A stretch of 56,078 nucleotides of DNA. Origin: a virus. Taxonomy: Duplodnaviria > Caudoviricetes. Both the position numbers and the translations under genes were made by a program. The notes below the pieces were generated by a model. That model did not search any database. It saw only the letters and a list, made by a program, of their open reading frames with translations, and had not been told where the DNA came from. The first letter of the stretch is position 1. Every line of letters begins with the position of its first letter. Location of the stretch: positions 1 to 56,078 of the IMG/VR virus record IMGVR_UViG_3300033407_000018; one strand, given 5' to 3'. This document shows positions 15,691 through 24,234 of the stretch, in pieces.

Positions 15691-16637
15691 ACTTAACGAA
15701 AATAGAATGGTGCAGCCGAAACGACGGAACGCATGGTTTCAGCGCGAATCCGCTGAAGTACCGGGACGCAAGTGGTAACGTCGTGTGGGGCTGCATCCAT
15801 GCGAGCGAAGGCTGCCGTCATTGCTATGCCGAAGCGCTGGCAAAGCGGTACGGCCGCGGCGGCCCGTTCACAGCCGAAGCCATAAAGGGTCTGACGCCAT
15901 TTCTCGACGAGGCCGAGCTTCACAAGATGCTCACGGCCAAAACTATCGGCGGCGTGCAGGTCTCCGGGTCGCGCTGCTTCGTCGGCGACATGACCGATAT
16001 GTTTGGCCCGTGGGTTCCGGATGAACTACTGGACCGGCTGTTTGCGGTGTTCGCGCTTCGGCCGGATGTGACGTGGATGACGCTCACGAAGCGGGCGGAG
16101 CGGATGCGGGAGTACTTCGCGGCCGAGTTCGTGGATCGATCGTATGAAATAACATGCGGCATGTTGGCATTTGCGAAACCACCAATGCCAAAGCCTGTTC
16201 ATATCCCAAGGCATTTAACCGCCCGGCTTCCTTTGAAGAACGCCTGGATGGGAGTCAGTGTGGAGAATCAAGACGCCCTCTACCGTGTCGACCACCTGAA
16301 GGATACACCGGCGGCCGTTCGCTTTGTCTCATTCGAGCCGTTGTTGGAAGACCTCGGCGCTTTGATGCTCGACGGAATTCAGTGGGCGATCGTCGGCGGG
16401 GAGAGCGGACCCGGCGCGAGGCCGTGTAACGTCGAATGGATCCGCTCGATCATGGCGCAGTGTAAGGCGGCGGGCACGGCGTGTTTCGTCAAACAGTTAG
16501 GATCGTATCCGATACTGGACCCGCGCTACGACCGTAGCATCAGCGGATACACGCGCAAGCTCCGCGACCGCAAGGGCGGGGACATTCAGGAGTGGCCCGA
16601 GGATTTGAGGGTGCGCGAATTCCCGGAGGTGCGGTAA
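15687..16637 (+). CDS. phage Gp37/Gp68 (DUF5131) protein
   Basis: TKIEW, GC-x-SEGCRHCYA, LTKRAER, GVSVENQ, SFEPLL, WAIVGGESGPGARP, FVKQLG. Confidence 0.9.
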   Translation: MNLTKIEWCSRNDGTHGFSANPLKYRDASGNVVWGCIHASEGCRHCYAEALAKRYGRGGPFTAEAIKGLTPFLDEAELHKMLTAKTIGGVQVSGSRCFVGDMTDMFGPWVPDELLDRLFAVFALRPDVTWMTLTKRAERMREYFAAEFVDRSYEITCGMLAFAKPPMPKPVHIPRHLTARLPLKNAWMGVSVENQDALYRVDHLKDTPAAVRFVSFEPLLEDLGALMLDGIQWAIVGGESGPGARPCNVEWIRSIMAQCKAAGTACFVKQLGSYPILDPRYDRSISGYTRKLRDRKGGDIQEWPEDLRVREFPEVR

Positions 16638-16828
16638 GCCGCCCCGGTCTACTCTGAGGTGCCGGGGCGGTGGGGGTGTGGCGTGACTTCAGAGACGGAC
16701 ACCCACCGCAACACGGCGATTGGGTAGTGAGTTGTAAAGGTGGTGTGTACGTGGTTAATTCCGATCGCAAAACGGTAATCGCCGAGGCGTTTCTGCGGTG
16801 GAAAAGCTAGCCCACCTTCACCCCGGCG

Positions 16829-17155
16829 TCACTGCCGCCCCGGATGAAGGAACACGTCAGGAATAAACGCGCCCATGGCGCGCATATATAACCCTCCGTA
16901 TTCCCGCGACCGGCATGGCTTCCCGGCTGGCTCCCCGCAGAGGCCGCAAACTGTGTCCGTCATTGCTCCAGCGATCACGGCGACCCGGTTGTTTATAGCT
17001 TCGCCGATTTCCTGGCCCGACCGCCAGACCGCCAGGGCCTGATCGTCGGACATCGCAGATGCCTGCGCGGCCGTGACGTAATACCAATCCCACCCGTCGC
17101 CGCGCTGATCAATACCCAGCGCGGTTGCAATCGCGTTGAGAGAAACTGCTTTCAT
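16829..17155 (-). CDS. hypothetical accessory protein
   Basis: ATG just after the repeat-borne AAGGAGG; CGLCGEPAGKPC. Confidence 0.65.
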   Translation of the reverse strand: MKAVSLNAIATALGIDQRGDGWDWYYVTAAQASAMSDDQALAVWRSGQEIGEAINNRVAVIAGAMTDTVCGLCGEPAGKPCRSREYGGLYMRAMGAFIPDVFLHPGRQ

Positions 17156-17208
17156 TTGCCATCCTCCTTCTTCAAGCCGCCCGGTCCTACTCTGAGGTGC
17201 CGAGGCGG

Positions 17209-17434
17209 TCAATTCACCTGGTACCACGCCTGGGCGCCGCACCATGTACAGTACTTCTCGCCGCACGATTCGCAGGTAGGCCATGAGTACGAAACATATC
17301 GGCGCGGCGGCGATCCGGCCGCCAGGTGTGTCAGCACGATAGACCCCCACGTCCCGTCTTCATCCGACGCGGCGCATCGATGCTCAACTATTGGCTGCGG
17401 CCAGTCATCCGGGGCGCATGCGCCCTAGTGTCAT
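17209..17434 (-). pseudogene. Cys-rich small gene with an apparent +1 frame break
   Basis: ATG ACA CTA GGG then +1 frame ...CESCGEKYCTWCG...; span is 3n+1. Confidence 0.45.
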
Positions 17435-17874
17435 CGATTCCGCGCCTCCTCCCTGTCGTCCATGCAGGACTGGCACAGCAAGTAATCGTCATCCTCGCCA
17501 AACTCGCCGCGCTCAGCATCCCACTTGCCGGTATCGACCATCGGCGTTAGGACGGAAAAGTCGAATTCCTTGCCGCAGTCGCGGCAGGTGGCTGTCTCAG
17601 TCACGTCGTTTTGTGTCTTCATTCCTATCCTGAGAATCCGCTCGGCTTTCGTCTCACTGTCGTCTACTGCTCCGGCTCCCGGGTGTAGTCCGTGCGCTCG
17701 GTCCCACTGCTCCACGATAGCGATCCCGCCGTACTCGCGGGCCATCCGGCGCGCCTCGGTTTGGGCGGCGGCAAAGGTGCGCCGCGTGTGGCTGCTCCAT
17801 TCCACCGCCGGCCAGTCGTCCTGGCGTTCTATCGATACGCCAGCGTGGTAATAATATTTTCCTGTGTTCATCAT
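17431..17874 (-). CDS. hypothetical protein, possibly two fused small genes
   Basis: Internal RBS plus ATG at MKTQND preceding CRDC...CQSC. Confidence 0.55.
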   Translation of the reverse strand: MMNTGKYYYHAGVSIERQDDWPAVEWSSHTRRTFAAAQTEARRMAREYGGIAIVEQWDRAHGLHPGAGAVDDSETKAERILRIGMKTQNDVTETATCRDCGKEFDFSVLTPMVDTGKWDAERGEFGEDDDYLLCQSCMDDREEARNR

Positions 17875-18386
17875 CGCCGTGTTCTCGCGTCGATTTCCCA
17901 CCGTGCCGCATCGACGGCTCGACGGGTATTCTGTTCGCCGACCAGATATACCAGGTCGCGCCAGTTTTTTATTGCTGTCATTCCGCTAGGGTTGCCGGCC
18001 GTCAGATAACTAGCCAGACACCCCCGCGCGGTTCCTTCTGCTGCGCTCCGCGCTTCGGCAATCGCGGGCACGGCCTTGATCGCGGCGGAAATGGCGACGT
18101 CGAGCAACCGCCCGCTTCCGTCGTCATCGAGGCTACGCGGCCGCTCTTCGAGTTCAACCTCAATGACGACGTGGTTGCTGATCCCGCTTCCGGGCGTCTG
18201 GATGGATCCGCCCTTATTGACGATTCGCAGGTGATACAGATCGCCAAGCGCATCCTCGACGGCATAGACGCTGCCAACCGCGAGCTGATTGCCATACGGG
18301 CCGGGCTTTCCGCTGGCGCGGAAAAAGTAAAGTGACCGGCCGAGTTCATCGACCGTAAATTCGATGCGTGCTGATGCTGTTTTCAT
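17871..18386 (-). CDS. hypothetical accessory protein
   Basis: ATG just after the repeat-borne AAGGAGG. Confidence 0.7.
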   Translation of the reverse strand: MKTASARIEFTVDELGRSLYFFRASGKPGPYGNQLAVGSVYAVEDALGDLYHLRIVNKGGSIQTPGSGISNHVVIEVELEERPRSLDDDGSGRLLDVAISAAIKAVPAIAEARSAAEGTARGCLASYLTAGNPSGMTAIKNWRDLVYLVGEQNTRRAVDAARWEIDARTRR

Positions 18387-18387
18387 C

Positions 18388-18699
18388 CTATCCTCCTTCT
18401 TCAAGCCGCCCCGGTCTACTCTGAGGTGCCGGGACGGTGGGGGTGTGGCCATCGCAAATCAAGTCATGATGGTAGCTGCGCTTCACGGTTAACACTTCGG
18501 CGCGCAGTAGCTTTGTCGCGCTCTCGTAGCCAGCCAGCAGGTGGACTCCGTTGACGCCTACAATCTCCCAGCTGTAGGCGCCGGCCGATCGTTGCCAATG
18601 ACCAGGGCGCAGCTTACGAAACGTCGCGTCGACCGGTATGACTACGCCGCACTCCGCCGCGAGACGCGCGTAAAACCGGCGCAACACTACTCCAGGCAT
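18388..18699 (-). CDS. hypothetical protein reading through repeat copy 3
   Basis: RPGHWQRSAGAYSW; stops within the repeat RBS. Confidence 0.5.
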   Translation of the reverse strand: MPGVVLRRFYARLAAECGVVIPVDATFRKLRPGHWQRSAGAYSWEIVGVNGVHLLAGYESATKLLRAEVLTVKRSYHHDLICDGHTPTVPAPQSRPGRLEEGG

Positions 18700-18815
18700 T
18701 GCAGCGTGTCTAGGCAGTCATTGCAGACGCGCTCATAGCCGCCGCCAGGCGTCACGAGAAACTCGCGCGGATCATTTTCCGGCGTCAATACGACACCGCA
18801 TTCCTCGCAGTTCAT
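18687..18815 (-). CDS. 42-aa CxxC/CxxC protein
   Basis: MNCEECG...VCNDC; AAGGAG RBS. Confidence 0.6.
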   Translation of the reverse strand: MNCEECGVVLTPENDPREFLVTPGGGYERVCNDCLDTLQCLE

Positions 18816-18827
18816 TACTATCTCCTT

Positions 18828-19253
18828 TCAAATCTCAGCCAAAACCCGCGCGGCCGATCCGCGGCGGGCGATCATTGCTTTTGCTTCCTGCCGGTGCTCT
18901 TTGATCGACCGGCGGGCTGCGTTTCGGACGTGCGCTACGATCTCGGCAGCGGTCACGCCGTGATCGAGGTACTCGGCAACCGCGCGGGCAAAAGCGGCAA
19001 CGGAGCGATTCCCGCGGCTGGAGTTGCAGCGCTTGCAGGCGGTGACCAGGTTCGTCGCGCCGTTCGCGCCGCCCTGGCTGTGCGGCAGCACGTGGTCCAG
19101 ACTCAGGGCAGCGCCATTTTCTACGCTGTCTCCGCACCACGCGCAGGCCAGTCCGTCGCGAAGGTACACCGCGAGCCTGGCGTCTTGGCGAATCCAGTTC
19201 ATCCCTTGGTACTCGCCCCGGCCGCGCGCGTCGTTTTGTGCTGTCTTAATCAT
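18828..19253 (-). CDS. HNH endonuclease
   Basis: RDGLACAWCG...LDHVLP...GG...NLVTACKRCNSSRG. Confidence 0.9.
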   Translation of the reverse strand: MIKTAQNDARGRGEYQGMNWIRQDARLAVYLRDGLACAWCGDSVENGAALSLDHVLPHSQGGANGATNLVTACKRCNSSRGNRSVAAFARAVAEYLDHGVTAAEIVAHVRNAARRSIKEHRQEAKAMIARRGSAARVLAEI

Positions 19254-19259
19254 GATGTA

Positions 19260-19288
19260 AGTATGTACCTAGTACGTACACCTGTCAA
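19260..19288 (-). promoter_or_regulatory. strong leaderless promoter with GTAC-rich spacer
   Basis: TTGACA-17nt-CATACT, 6 nt before the HNH ATG. Confidence 0.7.
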
Positions 19289-19451
19289 GCGCTTTTTTCG
19301 TCTCGCGCAAATATTTTTTGTGGGCCTCGCGGATCAGCTGCCGGACGGTTGCGGACATGGCGAGCGTCCGTGAGTCCGCGAGCTCGACCAACAGCTGCCG
19401 GGTAGCGCGATCAATGGTCAGGGTGATGTGATTTTTAGAATCGTTGCTCAT
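19269..19451 (-). CDS. ribbon-helix-helix (CopG-like) regulator
   Basis: HITLTID beta strand followed by two helices (MSATVRQLIRE). Confidence 0.7.
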   Translation of the reverse strand: MSNDSKNHITLTIDRATRQLLVELADSRTLAMSATVRQLIREAHKKYLRETKKALDRCTY

Positions 19452-19486
19452 GAGTACATACTATCGGTGTACTCAGGCGGGGTCAA
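19452..19486 (-). promoter_or_regulatory. leaderless promoter overlapped by a GAGTACA/TGTACTC inverted repeat
   Basis: TTGACC-17nt-TAGTAT, 6 nt before the RHH ATG. Confidence 0.65.
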
Positions 19487-19544
19487 GCGGGGATTCGAGC
19501 GGGCGGTTTTGTGGTAGGGGGTATCTGGCGGAATCAGACGGGTA

Positions 19545-20084
19545 CTACCGGCTCGCGGTAATCACCCCGAGCACAATCGGCAAAGCACGCAACGTCCAGT
19601 CCATGACGCGCGCCCACCCGCTGCGCTTCGATGCGGGCCGCAAGTCCTCGATGCTCTGCCGGATGATGCGCACTTCTTCGTCGACCGTCTGGAGGCGATG
19701 TGTCAGTTCTTCTATCTCCCACTGCTGCATGTTGATAATCGCTTGCTGCTCGCGGGCGTGGTTGACAAGCTCTTGCGCGTACACTCGGAGGTCCGGCAAG
19801 TCGAGCGTACGAATGCGCGTCTCGGCGTCCTGTGCTGCCGCTGTACCGCACAACGCGAGTCCCAGCAGGATCGACAGCCCCAGTTCTTTGCCGCGCTTCT
19901 GTGAGGCGCCGACGCGGCTATTCAGCGCCTCTTGCCGATCGGTGTCGACCTTCGCGGCTTTCTCGATCACATCCATGGATTCGTCAATGCGGTCGTGAGC
20001 GCGGATCTGCTCCTCGATGCGCCGGTCGCGTTCGGCCTGCCATGCGCGAAAGAATTCGATGATCCATTGCCAGATGCGCGTCAT
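19545..20084 (-). CDS. membrane coiled-coil protein, possible spanin-like lysis accessory
   Basis: Internal hydrophobic/signal-like segment, coiled coil, C-terminal hydrophobic tail; last gene of the late operon. Confidence 0.5.
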   Translation of the reverse strand: MTRIWQWIIEFFRAWQAERDRRIEEQIRAHDRIDESMDVIEKAAKVDTDRQEALNSRVGASQKRGKELGLSILLGLALCGTAAAQDAETRIRTLDLPDLRVYAQELVNHAREQQAIINMQQWEIEELTHRLQTVDEEVRIIRQSIEDLRPASKRSGWARVMDWTLRALPIVLGVITASR

Positions 20085-20366
20085 CTTCTAACCTCCGATA
20101 CCCCCGGCATTCCCCTCTGAATTCCCCTGACTGAGCTGAACTCTGCGTATTTGCTTGGCTCTGGCATCCCTATTTATTAACTGTTTCCAGTTCTTCAGAG
20201 GATCAGGACGCAGCCGGGTTCCACGGATCGACTACCGTGTCGTTGCCTGAGTTTCGGGATACTGAGCACGCGGGAAGCATTTTGTTTTTTCGGCACCGAG
20301 TAGAGAAAATTGTATGCTCCACTCAAACTCTAATGGTACACTCGGTTGCAAGTTTAGCAACAGCCC

Positions 20367-20405
20367 CACGAGCCCTCAGAGGATAACACTTCTGGGGGTT
20401 TCGTG
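20367..20405. terminator. hairpin downstream of the holin
   Basis: CACGAGCCCTCAGA.../TCTGGGGGTTTCGTG imperfect stem. Confidence 0.45.
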
Positions 20406-20434
20406 TTTGTAAAAGCTAGCTCAGGCCAGCGGCT

Positions 20435-20638
20435 TCACGTGGTGCCGTCTTTCTTGTCCTCGACGTGCTGCGCTTCTTCTCTCATCAACATCAAGCCGAT
20501 GCCAGCGGAGATCGCCGCGATAGTGGCCTCGATGTTGACGACGGTCGTGGGGTCGCCGTCGAACATGGCAACCAGCGCCATCGCGACGGCACCTAAAATC
20601 GTGCCAATTCCCAACAGTGTGCTTCTGATATTTTTCAT
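20435..20638 (-). CDS. putative holin
   Basis: 67 aa, two TM segments, charged C-terminus, near the endolysin. Confidence 0.7.
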   Translation of the reverse strand: MKNIRSTLLGIGTILGAVAMALVAMFDGDPTTVVNIEATIAAISAGIGLMLMREEAQHVEDKKDGTT

Positions 20639-20640
20639 TT

Positions 20641-21282
20641 TCAATTCCTCGATTCGTAAGGTTGCGTGCAAGAGCCACGGTTGCCGGGTTCCCCGAAGGG
20701 GTCATCCGGCGTGCCGTGACATGTAATCAGATACCAGTAGTATGGCAGGCCGAAAACGGTGACGCCGCCTTGGTCTGCCGCGATAGCTTCCGGCGTGCGG
20801 ATCCGCTGGCCGTCGAGAAGCCACGTCAGCGCATGGACGGCTTCATGCTCGACGACCTCTGGGTAGCTAAACAGCATTTGCGGCACAACCGCCGTTGAGA
20901 AATCGCCCCGCTTGTATTCATGCGGTGTGCCGTCAGGATTGAGATAGTCATAAATCAGCGGGTACGGCTTCGACTCGTGATAAACCAATTCCGGCCTGTA
21001 AAACCAGAACGCCGACATCCGCACGTTTGCGGCTGCGGGATACAGCGCCGCGACTCTCGCCTTACCGCGCTCCCACGCCGCGACAATGCGTTCGCACGAT
21101 GGGGGCTCACCAGAATGCGCTGCTGTGATTTCCGCGCAACTGACGCCTTCCGTGCGAATCAACCGTTGCTCGAACGTCTCTACCGGCACTGGATCCGGTA
21201 TCGTTACGGGCGGAGGCGGTGGCGCCGGCGCGGGGTTGCCGTTGCATCCGGCGAGGATTAGAAGTAAAAGCGCGAGTCTCAT
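20641..21282 (-). CDS. lipoprotein with HExxH motif
   Basis: MRLALLLLILAG-C lipobox, Pro-rich linker, VEHEAVH. Confidence 0.7.
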   Translation of the reverse strand: MRLALLLLILAGCNGNPAPAPPPPPVTIPDPVPVETFEQRLIRTEGVSCAEITAAHSGEPPSCERIVAAWERGKARVAALYPAAANVRMSAFWFYRPELVYHESKPYPLIYDYLNPDGTPHEYKRGDFSTAVVPQMLFSYPEVVEHEAVHALTWLLDGQRIRTPEAIAADQGGVTVFGLPYYWYLITCHGTPDDPFGEPGNRGSCTQPYESRN

Positions 21283-21827
21283 GTCAACGCCTTAGTGATC
21301 GCCGCTGCAACCTTGCCGTGAAACCCGGGCTCCAATATTTTCGCGGCCTCGGTTGGATTGTTAATGAACGAGACTTCGACGATCACAGCCGGGCACTTCG
21401 TCAGCTTCAGCCACCCTAAGTCCGGGCGCACCTTCGGGCCGCGGTCCCTGGTGCCGATGGCAACCGCGATCTTGCGGCTGATCCGAGCCGCGAGTTCCTT
21501 TGTCGATGCGCCGTAGTGCAGCACCTCGGTTCCATGCGCAGTGTCGACGGCCGCGGAATTGAAATGGATCTCGATGGCGGCGGCCGGTTTTATCGCATCC
21601 TCGCAGCGATAGTTCACGACGGCAATCTTTCGTGTCAGCGTTTGGAAGCATGAGATGAACTCTGTCTTGACGCCGCGCCGCTCCAGTTGATCGCGCAGCA
21701 TCCACGTGATTTTGTATGCCTCGACGTGCTCGCTGAGACTCAAGTCCGCATTGACCGCGCCGGGATCGCGGTTGCCGTGACCTGCGGACAGCATCACAAG
21801 CGGCGCGAGGCGGACTTCTGTACTCAT
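21279..21827 (-). CDS. endolysin, N-acetylmuramoyl-L-alanine amidase (Amidase_3)
   Basis: LSAGHG..DPGA, SE, EIHFNS, HGTEV, PAVIVEVSFINN. Confidence 0.92.
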   Translation of the reverse strand: MSTEVRLAPLVMLSAGHGNRDPGAVNADLSLSEHVEAYKITWMLRDQLERRGVKTEFISCFQTLTRKIAVVNYRCEDAIKPAAAIEIHFNSAAVDTAHGTEVLHYGASTKELAARISRKIAVAIGTRDRGPKVRPDLGWLKLTKCPAVIVEVSFINNPTEAAKILEPGFHGKVAAAITKALT

Positions 21828-22009
21828 CTGCCAATCCGGAATGAATTGATCGGCCCGACGAACAAGCCGAGCAGCCAGAGAATGACGACGATAATCACCA
21901 CGACGTTGAGAATCGTTTTGATCGGCGCCGCCATCGGGATGTACGTATTCACCAACCAAAGAATCACGCCGACAATAATCAGCGTGACGACGACTGAAAT
22001 TAAAGGCAT
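21824..22009 (-). CDS. small two-TM membrane protein (Thivi_2564-like)
   Basis: LIIVGVILWLVNTYIPM..PIKTILNVVVIIVVILWLL. Confidence 0.75.
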   Translation of the reverse strand: MPLISVVVTLIIVGVILWLVNTYIPMAAPIKTILNVVVIIVVILWLLGLFVGPINSFRIGR

Positions 22010-22031
22010 TCAAACCTCCCTATTCTAATCC

Positions 22032-22272
22032 TCACTTCGCGGGTGGCTCGGCCAACAGCGGTTCCACTTCGACATGACCGTCCATGTGAAACGCTTGAGC
22101 CACGTAAAACCGTCCGTCCTCTTCACCCTTCCCGGAAACACTTGCCACGACAGACGCCCACGCGTCGCGGCCGATTGTCACCTCGGGGCGCGTCATCCGG
22201 CTGCTGTCTGAAAAAACTAACGGACGCATCGCCGTTCCGCTGAACACTCCAACCGTTGCCGATGTAAAACAT
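22032..22272 (-). pseudogene. small hypothetical gene with an apparent +1 frame break
   Basis: RBS plus ATG TTT TAC... joins ...EVTIGRDAWASVVASVS if one C of the CCCC run (22185-22188) is skipped; span is 3n+1. Confidence 0.5.
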
Positions 22273-22283
22273 TCGAAACCTCC

Positions 22284-22589
22284 CTACTGAAACATTCCGT
22301 TAATCAACTGGACCGCGCCTCCGCCGACCAGCCCGCTTCCGATACCGATGCCAATCACACGCGAACGCCAGACTTCCATTTCGCGCTGCCAGGTATTGAC
22401 GGAATCCTTGTAGGCGTAGAACATCTCGCTCGTCACAAACTTGTTCTTATCGGCGGCAGCCTGAGCATGAGCGTGATTCAGTTCCGTCAACCGGCGCTCG
22501 TATTCAAGCCCTTGGAGTTCAATCGCCTTCTGAAGTCCGGCGATCTTTTCCTCAAGTACCGCTATTTTTATGGCATCCGTGTCGCTCAT
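22284..22589 (-). CDS. coiled-coil protein with C-terminal TM (lysis-associated)
   Basis: IAVLEEKI coiled coil, VIGIGIGSGLVGGG tail. Confidence 0.65.
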   Translation of the reverse strand: MSDTDAIKIAVLEEKIAGLQKAIELQGLEYERRLTELNHAHAQAAADKNKFVTSEMFYAYKDSVNTWQREMEVWRSRVIGIGIGSGLVGGGAVQLINGMFQ

Positions 22590-23746
22590 CGTTCGTCATA
22601 GACCTTGACGGTCATCTTTCCGTTGATGACCTCGAAGTGCCATTGCCATTTTCTTCCCTCGTCCGCCGTGAAATCGATCTCGCGCAGTTGTGGCTCCGGG
22701 GGCTGAACCGGAGCAGGCGGCACCACGACAGCACCGTCAAGCATCAGCATCCACACATCGAGAGCGCCGTCCTTGTCGGAGGTGTAGGCGAGTCGAGATC
22801 CGTCCCGGGAGACCGATGCTTTTGGTTGTGCGGTGTAGTTGCCGTCTTGAACGTAACTGTTGATGCCGTCCGCCAGCATCTCCGCGCCGCTTCCGTCGAT
22901 CATGACCTTGTATACCTTACCGCTCGGCTGCTTGGCTCCGTAGCTGCCCACAGCGCACCAGTCGAGTCCGGCGGCAGTGCTGATGTGAACCGCGTCGATC
23001 CACGGCAAACTGAGCAAGCCAAGCTGCTCGCCGTTTCGCGTATCAATTCGGACAATGCCGTTCGGAAAGTCCGGCAGCGTCGTTGGGCTTTCATTCGAAT
23101 TTGTGACGATGAAATACGGGCCGATTGGCGCTGCGTGTGGCGAGCTGCCGGAAAAAATGCGCCGCGGCGGCTTCGCCAAATCATCCAACACGAATACGCC
23201 TTCGGCTCCGGACACCAGCGCCTTGTTATCGCCGGTCAGCTTCAGTCCATCAAACGGCCGCGCCTGCGGAAACACCGGCCCCTTGGTGCGCGTCGAAATC
23301 TCGTACACGAACACGTCCACGCCGCCCTGCGGCCGTATGCCCGCCAATACCAGATGGCCGTCATCCTCGCTGATATCGGACTCGCCGCGGCCGTGGACGC
23401 CATGCCGCCCGCCGGCCGTGGACGCAATGTACTCGCTGAAGACGTGGATCAACGCGCGCTGGCCCGTGGACGGATGCTCCATCCAGAGCGCGTTCTTGTC
23501 GATGAAGTACATTACGTCGGGATTCCGGCGGCTCCATCGTGGCTCGCTGCTGTGCGTCACCGGCCGCTCCATCAACCGGACGTACTTGCCGGCGCCATCG
23601 TACAGGCCGAAGAACCCGCCCGCGTGCTGCAATAACAAGCGGCTATTGTCCGCATTGAACGGACAGGCATTCGAGTACTCGACGCTGATCGAGCCGACAC
23701 CCGCGGCCCTCGAATCCGTGATCCGTATTGGAGTCCGCACTGTCAC
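22586..23746 (-). CDS. beta-propeller (TolB/WD40-like) protein
   Basis: PFNADNSRLLL, EPRWS, ISEDDGHLVL, SVSRDGSRLAYTSD blades. Confidence 0.75.
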   Translation of the reverse strand: MTVRTPIRITDSRAAGVGSISVEYSNACPFNADNSRLLLQHAGGFFGLYDGAGKYVRLMERPVTHSSEPRWSRRNPDVMYFIDKNALWMEHPSTGQRALIHVFSEYIASTAGGRHGVHGRGESDISEDDGHLVLAGIRPQGGVDVFVYEISTRTKGPVFPQARPFDGLKLTGDNKALVSGAEGVFVLDDLAKPPRRIFSGSSPHAAPIGPYFIVTNSNESPTTLPDFPNGIVRIDTRNGEQLGLLSLPWIDAVHISTAAGLDWCAVGSYGAKQPSGKVYKVMIDGSGAEMLADGINSYVQDGNYTAQPKASVSRDGSRLAYTSDKDGALDVWMLMLDGAVVVPPAPVQPPEPQLREIDFTADEGRKWQWHFEVINGKMTVKVYDER

Positions 23747-24219
23747 CCTCCACTTGCTCCACGTCCGCGCTCTAGCCGCATTTCCTTCAGCTGGTCTTCG
23801 ATGCGGTCCAGCGTTCTCCGCTGACTGTCGCGCTCGAACGACGACCAGTGTGCCTGATCGTTCCCGGCGTGCTCAAAGTGCTTCTGGTGATAAGTCCGAT
23901 GCTGCGAGATCTGAAACAGCGAGACAAACCACATGCCGCTAATCACGACAAGCGCGGTCAGGATGTGCCAAAGCTGAAGCTGAAGGTCGATGCGGATTCC
24001 TGAATCCTGAGTTGGCAAAACCATCGGTGTTTCCGCTTCCTCCGGCGCTAGCCCGCGCGTGACCCGTGGCGGCGTATCCGGCCGTGCCGGTTCGGCTGAT
24101 TGCGCCCACATGGTCCAGACCATCACACCAGCCAGACTCAACGCCAGCAGCCCAATAAGTATCGTCGTCAGCCGGTCCATCAGTGTCATTTGCAGTGATT
24201 CCTTCTTTGCCAGTGTCAT
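23743..24219 (-). CDS. two-TM membrane protein
   Basis: Two hydrophobic segments and a C-terminal coiled coil. Confidence 0.65.
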   Translation of the reverse strand: MTLAKKESLQMTLMDRLTTILIGLLALSLAGVMVWTMWAQSAEPARPDTPPRVTRGLAPEEAETPMVLPTQDSGIRIDLQLQLWHILTALVVISGMWFVSLFQISQHRTYHQKHFEHAGNDQAHWSSFERDSQRRTLDRIEDQLKEMRLERGRGASGG

Positions 24220-24234
24220 TGGGTCATTGCCGAA

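Larger units (their letters stand above)
16636..18449. repeat. three copies of the hairpin repeat AAGCCGCCCCGG-TCTACTCTGAGGTG-CCGGGGCGG
   Basis: Copies near 16636-16682, 17161-17209 and 18390-18449; copies 2 and 3 also share ATCCTCCTTCTTC (RBS on the - strand); copies 1 and 3 share TGGGGGTGTGGC. Confidence 0.9.

Noticed and set aside
16636-18449. Hairpin repeats as a CRISPR array
   Set aside because: Only three copies, spaced about 0.5 and 1.2 kb apart with genes between them, and no cas genes
20291-20350. GGCACCGAGT as a tracrRNA 3' hairpin
   Set aside because: Match is only about 10 nt, the adjacent CGGTGC is absent, and there is no Cas9 or repeat
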